Shown here: positions 23,309 through 32,448 of the stretch, in pieces | How positions within the stretch are numbered: the first letter of the stretch is position 1 | Layout of the letters: each line of letters starts with the position of its first letter | From: Planctomycetota bacterium | Lineage (GTDB): Bacteria; Planctomycetota; PLA2; JAEUHO01 | Assembly: GCA_050248855.1 (NCBI GenBank) | Contig: JBFWRP010000007.1 | Coordinates: 76,695 to 140,694, forward strand | Direction: 5' to 3' | Length of the DNA stretch: 64,000 nt | Translations under genes and position numbers: made by a program | Notes under the pieces: generated by a model | Database searches by the model: none | What the model saw: the letters and a program-made list of their open reading frames with translations, nothing else | What the model was told of the DNA's origin: nothing

Positions 23309-24727
23309 ATGCGCCGTCTGCTCGCCATCCTGCTCGTCACGACCTTCGGCGCCGCGCTGCTGCCGCCGCAGGCGGCGCGCGCCGACGACGTGGACGCGCA
23401 AGCCGTCGAGGCCCGCCGCCTGGGTCGCCGCCTGCTCGCCCACGATCCCGCGCGGCGGGTGGAGGCGCTCGGCGCGCTGTTCGAGCTGCTCGAAGGCGCG
23501 CCCGAGCGCCGTGACGAGCTGCTCGCGGAAGCCACGGGCGCCCTGGCCGACTGGGCCGATCGCAGCGAACGGCTCGCAGAGACCTGGGAGCGGGATCTGG
23601 CAGAGGGCGACCCCGTGCTGCGCTCGCGCGCCGCGCGGCTCTTGGCGGCGCTCGTGCTGGAGCGCGGGGCCCGTGCGTGGGCTGACGCCGACGGCGACAT
23701 GGGCGCACCGCTCGGCGACGCACCGGCGACGGTCGGGGCGACGCCTGGCGAGCCCCCCACACCGTCCGCGCCGCGGCCCCTGCCGGCGGACCTGCGCGAG
23801 CACCGTTTGGTCGACACGGGCGTGCTCGTGGGCCTCGGCGCCACGTCGCTGGACGTCCGCACCTTCCTCATGCGTCACGCGGATGCCAGCCAGGTCGTCG
23901 ACTTCGGCTCGGGGCTGTGGATGGTGCTGGCGGACCCGGAGGGGCATGCCCGCCTGGCCGAGGCGCTGGCCGCCGTGGCGCGTGGCGAGGATCTGGAGGC
24001 ACGCGCGGAGCCGACGACGCCCCCCGCCGCGGGCGCGCCGGAGCCTCGCGATGGACCCCCTGCGGGCGGCGCCGGCGAAGCGCCGCCGCCGGCGGCGGAA
24101 GACGCGGCCGGGACAGCGGCGCCCGACCACGGGGTCGATGGCCCGCGTTGGAAGGCCTCGGGCTTCGCGCTGCGGGTACCTCACGCGGAGTCGGGCCAGG
24201 ACGACGCGGCACCCACCGGCGTGCGTACGGGGACGCTCGACGAGGCGGCAGCGTGGCTGGCGCGGGAGCGCAAGCGTCGCGATGCGCGCGAGATGCGCTC
24301 CTGGACCACGCCGCTCGCGGTTGGCGCGCCACCCATGGAATGGCGCGCCGGCCGGGAGATCCCCTACAACCGCAGTATCGTGGCCGTGGGCGACGGAGCC
24401 TACCGCGTGGACAGCTCGACGCTGCACGAGGGCTACGCCTTCTCCCTACGCCTCGTCGCTCCGGAGGGGGATCCGACGTCCACGCGCCTCGTGGTCGAAG
24501 CCTCGCGTACCGACGTCGTGGAGCCGCTGACCGAGCTGCAAGTGCGGCCCGCGGCCGATGCCGAGCCGCTCACCGTGCACCGCGCACGCTGGACGCGCAG
24601 CACGCGCACCGAGACGGTCGACCTCGCGCCCGCGGGCGGCGTCGTCGTGATCGGCTTCGACCTTCCCGCCGGCGACGTCAGCGAGCGCGTGATCCTCGTC
24701 CTGACGCTCACGCCCCCGGATCGTTGA
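23309..24727 (+). CDS. secreted hypothetical protein
   Basis: Internal ATG with GGGAG upstream. Signal peptide MRRLLAILLVTTFGAALLPPQAARA. Ala/Pro-rich linker and a beta-rich C-terminal region. No catalytic motif recognised. Confidence 0.55.
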   Translation: MRRLLAILLVTTFGAALLPPQAARADDVDAQAVEARRLGRRLLAHDPARRVEALGALFELLEGAPERRDELLAEATGALADWADRSERLAETWERDLAEGDPVLRSRAARLLAALVLERGARAWADADGDMGAPLGDAPATVGATPGEPPTPSAPRPLPADLREHRLVDTGVLVGLGATSLDVRTFLMRHADASQVVDFGSGLWMVLADPEGHARLAEALAAVARGEDLEARAEPTTPPAAGAPEPRDGPPAGGAGEAPPPAAEDAAGTAAPDHGVDGPRWKASGFALRVPHAESGQDDAAPTGVRTGTLDEAAAWLARERKRRDAREMRSWTTPLAVGAPPMEWRAGREIPYNRSIVAVGDGAYRVDSSTLHEGYAFSLRLVAPEGDPTSTRLVVEASRTDVVEPLTELQVRPAADAEPLTVHRARWTRSTRTETVDLAPAGGVVVIGFDLPAGDVSERVILVLTLTPPDR

Positions 24728-24783
24728 AGCGCGAGGGGCCCTGGCCCCAGCCGGCGACCCCCAGCCGGCGACCCCCAGCAGGG

Positions 24784-24789
24784 TAGGCT
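24784..24789 (+). promoter_or_regulatory. -10-like box TAGGCT, 6 nt upstream of ATG 24796 (leaderless-type)
   Basis: TAGGCT-tgcgcc-ATG. Confidence 0.45.
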
Positions 24790-24795
24790 TGCGCC

Positions 24796-27378
24796 ATGCA
24801 TCGCGATCGCTGGTTGCTCGTCCTGCTCACGGCGCTTGCGATCGCTGCCGGCTGGTGGCTGGCCAGCGGTGCAGGGACGCCGGGCGGCGACGTCCCCGCG
24901 TCCGACGGCGAGGACCTGGAAGCCGTCGAGGCACGCCTGTTCGAGCGCCTGGGGCGCGAGGCGGACGCGCGGCGCCTCCCGGGTCTGGAAGCGCGACCGC
25001 GGGGCGAGGGCGTGCTTCGGGGAACCGTCTTGCACCACGTTCCCGAAGTGGGTGTCCGCCCCCTGACCGACGTCATCGTGCGCGTGTACTGGCGCAGCGA
25101 CGCGGCGCTCGAGGGTCCGGCCGCGCCGGACGAAGCCTCCCCCGAGGGTCGCGCCACCGCGCGCACGGACGCGGAGGGCACGTTCGTCTTCCAGCGCCTG
25201 CCGGCGTTCACCGGCGGCGTGCTCGTGTTGCGCCATGCCCCCTACCGCGACGTGCAGCGTCGAGGCGTGCATGTCCGCGTGGGCGAGACGACGGACCTGG
25301 GCGAGATCCTGTTGGGGGCGCCGACGTCGCTCCGCGGCGAGGTCGTGGACGCGCGGGGCCGGCCCCTGGAGGGTGCACGCGTGCAGGCCTTTGCAGCGCG
25401 ACCCGGGACAGGGGACGGCTTCGACCTCCGGCGCGGGTTGCTCGAGCTGCAGGAGGGCGCCGTGGCGTTGGCCGACGTGGAGGTCGACCGGTTCGGCGAG
25501 TTCGTGCTCGATGATCTTCCGCCGGGCACGTACACGCTCCGCGCCTCGGCCCGCGGTCACGCGACGGCCTTCCGCGGAGGCGTCGTCGTCTCGCTGGACG
25601 AGCATGGCTCCGCCGTTCGCATGGTCCTGGACGAAGGCGCAGGATTCCGGGGCCGCGTACGCGAGAGCGGGGGCCGGGGCCTGATGGGCGCCCGCGTCAT
25701 CGCCGTCGCCTTGCCCGCGGGGGGCGAAGTGCGCGTGGATCGGGTCGAGACCACCTCCGGACCCGATGGCGTGTACGAGCTGGATGTCCTCGTCCCCGGC
25801 ATGCGGTACTTCCTCGAAGCGGCGCATCCGGACCACGCGCCGTCCGGCACGTTCGTCGTGGCGACCACGGGCTTCCTGGAGCGCGACTTCGTGCTCGAAG
25901 CCAGCGGTCGCGTGCAAGGCGTCATCCGCGACGCCGAGACCGGCAAGCCGGTGCCCTACGCGGAGGTGACGCTGGCGAGCGGATCGCTCGCCGGCGTGTC
26001 GCCGCTCAGCACCACGGCGGACGGCGCGGGCCAGTACGTCTTCCCGCATGCGCACCCGGGCCCCGTGCTGCTCTTCTTGGCGCGCGCGCCGGGCTTCGTG
26101 CAGACGGACGAGGCCGACCTGAAGGGCTTGGGCGGGCTGGTCGTGGAAGCAGGCGGCCTGCTCGAGATCGACCGCGAGCTCGTGGCGGGCGGCGAGGTGA
26201 CGGGGACGGTGAGGGACCAAGCGGGTCGCGTCGTTCCCTACGCGACCGTCGGGCTCACGGAGCGCCGGGCCCGCTGGCGCGGCGAACGGACCACCACGAC
26301 CGACCTCGGCGGCGCCTACCGATTGGCCGGTATCCGCGCGGGGGAGCACGTGCTGCGGGTCGATGCGACGGGCTACGCGCCGCTGGTCGCCGACGCGGAC
26401 GTGAAGGTCGTGATGCCGCCCGCCGCCACGTCGATCGTGCACGACGTGGTGCTGGACGACGGGGCCGTGCTGACGGGGCGGGTGCGCACCGAGGAGAACG
26501 CCCCCGTCAGCGGGGCGGTGGCCCGCGTGGAGGTCGACGGGGATCGCCGCGCGCGCGAGCGCGTCGCAGGCCGCCAGGCCGTCACCCATCCCGATGGCAG
26601 CTACCGCCTGGGCGGGCTACCGGCCGGCGTGCCGATCACGCTCGTCGTGCAGCACGCGAGCCACGCCGCCGCGCGCAAGGGTCCCTACCGTCTCCAGGCG
26701 GGGCAGGTGATGCCCGTGGACATCACGCTCGACCAGGGCGCCCGGCTCGTCGGCCGTGCGGAGGACCCCGACGGCCGTCCCATCGAGCGCGCCCGCGTGC
26801 GCTGGGGCGTCGTGCGTCCCGAAGACGAGGGCGAGCTGCGGGATGCCTTCCGCGCCGACGCACTGCTCGGGACGCGCTCGCTGGGGACGGACGCGTTGGG
26901 CGGCTTCGTCATCGAGGGCCTCGAGCCCGGTCGCCATGTCGTGAAGGTCGAGCACGAGGGGTACGGCACGTGGTACCGCCACGACGTGATGGTGCCCGCG
27001 GAGGACGACCCGCCCCCGCTCGTGGCCGTCCTGCAGCCAGCGCTCGCCATCGAAGGCGTCGTTCGTGGAGAAGGCGGCGGCGTGGCCGCGGGCGCCTTCG
27101 TCTACGCGCGCGAGCCGCGGGGCGACGGCGAACCACGCGTCGCGGACGGCCGCGTCCGCGCGCTCGTCAGCGGCGAGACCGACGCCGCGGGTCGCTTCCG
27201 CTTGGAGCCGCTCGCTCCGGGCCTCTACGAAGTAGTCGTCTGGTACGCAGCGGGCTTCGTCGCCGAAGCGCAAGACCACCGCGACGCCCGCGTGCGCAAG
27301 GCGGGCGTCAACGCGGGCGCGCGCAACGTGGTCTTCGAGCTCTTGCCCTGGCCGCCACCCGATCCGGGGGGCGGCTAG
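24796..27378 (+). CDS. membrane-anchored protein with multiple carboxypeptidase-regulatory-like (CarboxypepD_reg) beta-sandwich repeats
   Basis: N-terminal TM (WLLVLLTALAIAAGWWLA). Repeated G.V.D..G.P..GA.V signatures, e.g. GEVVDARGRPLEGARV, GRVRESGGRGLMGARV, GVIRDAETGKPVPYAEV. Confidence 0.7.
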   Translation: MHRDRWLLVLLTALAIAAGWWLASGAGTPGGDVPASDGEDLEAVEARLFERLGREADARRLPGLEARPRGEGVLRGTVLHHVPEVGVRPLTDVIVRVYWRSDAALEGPAAPDEASPEGRATARTDAEGTFVFQRLPAFTGGVLVLRHAPYRDVQRRGVHVRVGETTDLGEILLGAPTSLRGEVVDARGRPLEGARVQAFAARPGTGDGFDLRRGLLELQEGAVALADVEVDRFGEFVLDDLPPGTYTLRASARGHATAFRGGVVVSLDEHGSAVRMVLDEGAGFRGRVRESGGRGLMGARVIAVALPAGGEVRVDRVETTSGPDGVYELDVLVPGMRYFLEAAHPDHAPSGTFVVATTGFLERDFVLEASGRVQGVIRDAETGKPVPYAEVTLASGSLAGVSPLSTTADGAGQYVFPHAHPGPVLLFLARAPGFVQTDEADLKGLGGLVVEAGGLLEIDRELVAGGEVTGTVRDQAGRVVPYATVGLTERRARWRGERTTTTDLGGAYRLAGIRAGEHVLRVDATGYAPLVADADVKVVMPPAATSIVHDVVLDDGAVLTGRVRTEENAPVSGAVARVEVDGDRRARERVAGRQAVTHPDGSYRLGGLPAGVPITLVVQHASHAAARKGPYRLQAGQVMPVDITLDQGARLVGRAEDPDGRPIERARVRWGVVRPEDEGELRDAFRADALLGTRSLGTDALGGFVIEGLEPGRHVVKVEHEGYGTWYRHDVMVPAEDDPPPLVAVLQPALAIEGVVRGEGGGVAAGAFVYAREPRGDGEPRVADGRVRALVSGETDAAGRFRLEPLAPGLYEVVVWYAAGFVAEAQDHRDARVRKAGVNAGARNVVFELLPWPPPDPGGG

Positions 27379-27398
27379 CGCGCGGAGGTGTCTGAACC

Positions 27399-27440
27399 CC
27401 GTGAGAGGTGCAGGAGGGACCGTGAGGGGTGCAGGGGGGT
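27399..27440. repeat. 2 x 21-bp tandem repeat in the convergent intergenic region
   Basis: CCGTGAGAGGTGCAGGAGGGA / CCGTGAGGGGTGCAGGGGGGT (18/21 identical). The second unit forms the 5' arm of a 9-bp hairpin (27431-27458). Confidence 0.7.
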
Positions 27441-27681
27441 ACGGAATAGCCCCCCTGCTGCGCAGGCGAAGCCGGAGCACCGAGTCCGCGCGGTAGCGCG
27501 GAACGAGCGTGGAGCGACCAGACACCGAAGTGCGACGTTCGCCGGCGATCGCACCGCGACCCCTGCGTGTCAGGCACCTTGCCCACGTTGCCGCTGCGCG
27601 GCGCCGCGGCAAGGGTCCTGACACATCCGGGGTCGCCAGGCGCGCGGAGGCGTCGGGGAGCGCGGCGACACGGAGGCGGGC

Positions 27682-30396
27682 TCAGCGTCCGCCGCGGCCA
27701 CCGAAGGGCAAGTCGGCCTCGGTGGCCTTCTCCAGGCGGAACTCGACGTCGTTGACGCCGGGGACGGTCTGGTCGTCACGAACGGCCGCCGCCGAGCCGC
27801 TGCTGAACCCGCGCCAGCCGGCGGCGAACCACACGTAGATCGAATAGCTGCCCGGCGGCACGTTGGTGATCTCGAAGCTGCCGTCCGCCTCGCTGCGCGC
27901 GAAGAGCGCCGGCGCCACGTCGTCGGTGACGGGCTCGGCCGCCGACTCCCCTTCGCCGTCGCGGCCACGTCCCATGACGGGACGCCCGCCGAGGTTCATG
28001 CCGACCATGGCGCCCTCGACCGGCTTCAGGTCGTCTCCCAGCACGCGGCCGCGGATCGTCTCGCCGCGACGCACGGTCAGCTGGTAGCCGGTACGCACCT
28101 GGCCGGCTTCCATGCGCACGTCGCGCTTGATCAGCGTGACGAAGCCCTCCGCCTCGACCTGGATGACCTGCTGGCCGGTCTGGAGCTCGGTCAAGCGGAA
28201 GGTGCCGTCGTCGGCCGTGACGACGACCTCCGGCTCGAGCTGTCCGCCGATCTCCCAGGCGTTGATGCGGGGGCGACGGGACATGTCGTCGTCGAGCAGG
28301 CCGTGGCGTATGCGCGCCCCGGCGACCCAGCGACCGTCTTCGTCGACGACACGGCCCTCGAGCACGCCCCCGGGCTGCAGGACGACGCGCACCTCGCGCG
28401 TGTCGCCCTCGGCGATGCGCACGCGCTCGCTCTCCGTCTCGACGAAGCCCTCGGCCATCACGGCCGCCTTCCACGCCAGACGCGGCGCGAGGCCGTCGAG
28501 GACGAAGCGCCCCTCCTCGTCGGTCACCGTCAGGTGCGGGTCGAGCTCCTCGCGGAGACGCTCCATGGCCCGGCCGCCGGGACCACGCTGCCGTCCCTCT
28601 TCGCCCTCGGGCGCCTGGCCTCGCGCGAAGACCTTGGCCCCGGCCACGGGCTCGTCCGCGGCGTCCACGACGATGCCGACGAGGCGCCCTGCCCCGGAGA
28701 GCGCCACGTTGATCTCCCCCTCGTTGCCTTGGTCCGAGATCGTGACGGTCGGCTCCGTCTGGGCGTCGGCGAAGCCCGCCGCGCGCACGGACACGCCGTA
28801 CGTACCCGGCATGAGGCCGACGATCTCGTAGCGCCCCTCGGCATCCGTCACGGCGGTCGGCGCGCCGGTCCACATCATGGCGAAGTTGCCGGTGGTCTCG
28901 ACGGCGGCACCCACGATGGGCTTGCCGCCCTCGGCTTCGGTCACGCGTCCGACGATGCGGCCCCCGCGCTCGAGCTCGATGTCGTGCTCGAGCGTCTCGC
29001 CCGCGACGAGGTCCGGCAGGGCGTTGCCCGTGAACATGCTGGCGGCCGAGGCCGTGTACCCGACGGCCTTCACGCTGAGCGTCATGACCGGGCCCGCTTG
29101 CACGGGGTCCAGGACGTACTTGCCCTGCTCGTCGGTGCGTGCGGTTTGCGTGCCCATGGTGGCATCGCTCGCGGCCCCACCGCGCCCGCGACGCCCCCCA
29201 CCACCCATGGCGCCCATCTGGCCCGCCATGACCACGATCTCGGCGTCGGCGACGGGCTTGCCGGTGCCCTTCTCCCGCACGACGCCCTCGATGCGCGCCC
29301 CGCGCGGCAGCACGAAGTCCTTCGTCATGCCCGCTTCGACCGCCACCGCCTGCACTTGCCACTGGGTGGGGTAGCCGTCGGCGATCACGCCGAAGCGGTA
29401 GCTCGAGCCCGGGGCCAGGGTGTCGATGACGTAGCGACCCGCTTCGTCCGTCACGGCATCTTCGCGCTGCACGAAACCGCCGGGGCTGAAGCGACGACCC
29501 TCGTCCCGTACGGCCCGCACGAGGGCCCCGGGAACCGGCTTGCCCTGGTCGTCCTTGACCACGCCCCGGATGTCGGCTCCTCGGCCCAGCACCAGCGTGA
29601 GCACGGTGGCATCGCGGTCCGTGCGGACGAGGACGTTCTCTTCGTAGTCCGTGGAGTAGCCCGACGAACGAGCCGACAGCCGGTACCGCCCGCTGTCGAG
29701 CGTGCCGAACGTGAACATGCCGTTCTCGTCCGTCTGCGTGTCGGCCAGCGGCGTGTCTTCGCCCGCGGCCATGTCGACCATCGCGAAGATCACGCCGCGC
29801 TGGAACAAGTCGGTGCGCATGGCGTGCACGCTGACGGCGCTCCCGGGCACGGGGCGGCCCGAGGCATCGACCACGCGCCCCGACAGGACGACCTTGTCGC
29901 CCAGGTTCAGGTCGGCCAACTCGGTGATGCGACCGGGCAGCACCTCGACGTTGCGCAGCAACACCTCGGCGAAGCCCTCGCCCTTGACATGCAGCGTGTA
30001 GCGGCTGCCCGGCGGCACGCGCCGGAACAGCACGCGGCCCTGTCCATCCGTGGCCAGGTCCTCGACGTGCACGCCGCGCACGCCGAGCAGGTGCACGGGC
30101 TGGTTGGTGACGGGCGTGCCGTCGGCCAGCCAGAGCAGGCGCACCTGGATGCCGCCCGCCTCCTGGCCCGTCGTGGCGCCGGCCAAGGTGGCGCCGGAGA
30201 GCGCGTCGTCCTCGCCGGTCTCCTGGCCGGATCGGCCGAGCAACGCATCCTCGCGCGCCGTGTCCTCGGTGCCGCCACGCCCGCCGAGCACGCCGTCGAG
30301 CAGGCCGCTGCCCATGGCGAGCCAGACGAGGGCACCGACGGCGGCCACGATGAGGAGCAGGACGGGCAGGGACAGGGCGCCACGGGAGCGGCTCAT
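27682..30396 (-). CDS. membrane-anchored protein with multiple CarboxypepD_reg-like repeats (second copy, convergent)
   Basis: ATG 30396 chosen (GGAG 7 nt upstream); the track starts at 30411. N-terminal TM LSLPVLLLIVAAVGALVWLAMG. Repeats such as GRVVDASGRPVPGSAV, GVVKDDQGKPVPGALV, GRVVDEDGRWVAGARI. Confidence 0.7.
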   Translation of the reverse strand: MSRSRGALSLPVLLLIVAAVGALVWLAMGSGLLDGVLGGRGGTEDTAREDALLGRSGQETGEDDALSGATLAGATTGQEAGGIQVRLLWLADGTPVTNQPVHLLGVRGVHVEDLATDGQGRVLFRRVPPGSRYTLHVKGEGFAEVLLRNVEVLPGRITELADLNLGDKVVLSGRVVDASGRPVPGSAVSVHAMRTDLFQRGVIFAMVDMAAGEDTPLADTQTDENGMFTFGTLDSGRYRLSARSSGYSTDYEENVLVRTDRDATVLTLVLGRGADIRGVVKDDQGKPVPGALVRAVRDEGRRFSPGGFVQREDAVTDEAGRYVIDTLAPGSSYRFGVIADGYPTQWQVQAVAVEAGMTKDFVLPRGARIEGVVREKGTGKPVADAEIVVMAGQMGAMGGGGRRGRGGAASDATMGTQTARTDEQGKYVLDPVQAGPVMTLSVKAVGYTASAASMFTGNALPDLVAGETLEHDIELERGGRIVGRVTEAEGGKPIVGAAVETTGNFAMMWTGAPTAVTDAEGRYEIVGLMPGTYGVSVRAAGFADAQTEPTVTISDQGNEGEINVALSGAGRLVGIVVDAADEPVAGAKVFARGQAPEGEEGRQRGPGGRAMERLREELDPHLTVTDEEGRFVLDGLAPRLAWKAAVMAEGFVETESERVRIAEGDTREVRVVLQPGGVLEGRVVDEDGRWVAGARIRHGLLDDDMSRRPRINAWEIGGQLEPEVVVTADDGTFRLTELQTGQQVIQVEAEGFVTLIKRDVRMEAGQVRTGYQLTVRRGETIRGRVLGDDLKPVEGAMVGMNLGGRPVMGRGRDGEGESAAEPVTDDVAPALFARSEADGSFEITNVPPGSYSIYVWFAAGWRGFSSGSAAAVRDDQTVPGVNDVEFRLEKATEADLPFGGRGGR

Positions 30397-30490
30397 GGAC
30401 ATCTCCGGCATCGACGGGGACGCGCCCCGGGTCGTGTCTTGTACCGCTCCGCGGCGGGCGCGGCCGTCTCCGCGCGGACGCCCGCCCGGC

Positions 30491-31459
30491 TCAGGTCCGC
30501 GCGAGGACCAGCCACGCCAGGAACGGCGCGCCCAGGAGGGCCGTCACCACGCCCAACGGCAGGACCTCGGGCGCCACGGCGGTGCGGGCCAGCGCGTCGG
30601 CCAGCACGAGGAGCCCGGCACCCAGCAAGGCGGACGCCGGCAGCACGCGCCGATGGCTCGTCCCGACCACGCCGCGGGCGAGGTGGGGAACGACGAGTCC
30701 CACGAAGCCGACGAGGCCCGCCACGGCCACCGTGGAGGCGGCCAGGAGACAGGCCGTGCCGCCGAGCCAGGCCAGGGCCCGCGGCACGGCCACGCCCCCG
30801 AACCACGCGGCCTCGTCGCCCAGGGTCATCACGTCCAGGGCGCGAGCTCGCGACCCGGCGAGCGCGCCCCCCACCACGAACACGCCCGCGACAAAGGCGA
30901 TGTCCCCCCACGTGGCCAGCCCCAAGTCGCCGAGCATCCACCGCACCACGACATGCCAGTCGCTCACCGCGGCATGGAGCAGCAGCGTCGCGACGGCGTG
31001 CACGAACGCCCCCACCGCGATGCCGGCCAGCAGCACGCTCGCCGTCGGCGATCGCACGCTGCGCCGCGCCACGGAGAAGATCAGGGCGCCGACGGCCAGC
31101 GCGCCGAGGAACGCAGCACCCCCCCGCAGGCCGGCGGGAGGCAGCGCCGACACGCCCGTGGCGACGGCCGCCACCGTGACGCCCAACAACGCACCGGGGC
31201 CGACGCCCAGCAAGTACGGTTCGGCCAGGGCGTTGCGCAGCAACGCCTGGAACAGGGCGCCCGCCACGGCCAGCGACGCCCCGACCACCAAGCCGGCTGC
31301 GACGCGCGGCAGCCGCACGGTCTCGACGATGCGATCGCCCTCCCCGCCCGTCAGCGAGGCGAGCACGTCGCCAGGCGACACGAACACCGGGCCGACGCCC
31401 ACGCCGAGTACCGCGGCGGCGACCACGAAGCTGCCGAGCAGGAGGAAGCGCAGCTTCAC
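30491..31459 (-). CDS. FecCD/BtuC-type ABC transporter permease (iron-chelate / cobalamin class)
   Basis: GTG start overlapping the upstream stop (GTGA). RLPRVAAGLVVGASLAVAGALFQALLRNALAEPYLLGVG and LLGAPFLAWLVL are typical of the FecCD family. Confidence 0.85.
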   Translation of the reverse strand: MKLRFLLLGSFVVAAAVLGVGVGPVFVSPGDVLASLTGGEGDRIVETVRLPRVAAGLVVGASLAVAGALFQALLRNALAEPYLLGVGPGALLGVTVAAVATGVSALPPAGLRGGAAFLGALAVGALIFSVARRSVRSPTASVLLAGIAVGAFVHAVATLLLHAAVSDWHVVVRWMLGDLGLATWGDIAFVAGVFVVGGALAGSRARALDVMTLGDEAAWFGGVAVPRALAWLGGTACLLAASTVAVAGLVGFVGLVVPHLARGVVGTSHRRVLPASALLGAGLLVLADALARTAVAPEVLPLGVVTALLGAPFLAWLVLART

Positions 31460-32448
31460 CGCGCTTCGTCCTCGGCAGGCTCGTCGGCCCCGAGGCCGAG
31501 CATGCGCCGGGCCAGCAAGGCGGTGGCCTCGAGGATGCGCGGGCCCCCCCGCGCGAAGGCATCGACACCGACGACGGGCAGGACGCGCCCTTCGCGCAAG
31601 GCCGGCGACCCCGCAAGCAGCGTCTCCAGGCGTCGCGGCATCGGGCCGCTCGGCCCGAGGACCCAGTCCGGGCTGCGCTCCACGGCCAGCTCGTCGCTGA
31701 ACACGCCCGACGCGTCGCTCGGGAGGTCGCACGCCACGTTGACGGCGCCGAGCGTGGCCAGCACGTCGTCGAGCAGCGATCCCGGTCCCAGCGCGAACAG
31801 GGGCTCCCACTGGCCGACGAGCAGCACACGCGGCGCCGGGGTTCGCCAGTGCGCCGCCGCGGCCTGCTGCAGCTCGACACGGCGCACGTTCCAGGCGCGG
31901 GCGGCCTCGCGCGCCCGCTCGTCGTCGAGCACTTCGGCCAGCAACGAGAAGCTGGCCCCGAGCTGGCCCAGCGAACGGCTCGTCTCGAGCAGCAGGACGT
32001 GTGGCACGTGGCGCAGGATGGCATCCAGGTCCTGGCGATGCAGCCGGCGGTCCAGGATCACGAGGTCAGGCTCGAGCGCCAGGAGCTCCTCCGCAGACAG
32101 CGGCTGCACGGAGACCACGGGCAGCACCGCCACGGTGGAGGGCGTGTCGCACCAGGTCGAGCGACCCACCAGCCGATCGAGCGCGCCCAGGTGGGCCAGC
32201 ATCTCGGTGAGGCCCGGGAGCGTGCTCACGATGCGCTGCGGGGCCAAGCGCACGTCGAGGTCCAGCCCATCGCGGTAATGCACCGTGGCCGCCAACGCCG
32301 TACGCCGCTCGACGTGGGCGAAGGCCACGGAGTCGCCCGGCGTCCGCGGGGCGGCCAGACAGCGTCCCCCGGGGGCCCGCCCGATCAGCGCCGTCACCAC
32401 CACGGCAAGACCGATCACGACCAGGGCGACAGGCACGAGGCGATGCAT
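31456..32448 (-). CDS. ABC transporter periplasmic substrate-binding protein (BtuF/FhuD class)
   Basis: ATG overlapping the upstream stop (ATGA). N-terminal anchor MHRLVPVALVVIGLAVVVTALIG. RIVSTLPGLTEMLAHLGALDRLVG...LEPDLVIL pattern. Confidence 0.7.
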   Translation of the reverse strand: MHRLVPVALVVIGLAVVVTALIGRAPGGRCLAAPRTPGDSVAFAHVERRTALAATVHYRDGLDLDVRLAPQRIVSTLPGLTEMLAHLGALDRLVGRSTWCDTPSTVAVLPVVSVQPLSAEELLALEPDLVILDRRLHRQDLDAILRHVPHVLLLETSRSLGQLGASFSLLAEVLDDERAREAARAWNVRRVELQQAAAAHWRTPAPRVLLVGQWEPLFALGPGSLLDDVLATLGAVNVACDLPSDASGVFSDELAVERSPDWVLGPSGPMPRRLETLLAGSPALREGRVLPVVGVDAFARGGPRILEATALLARRMLGLGADEPAEDEAR

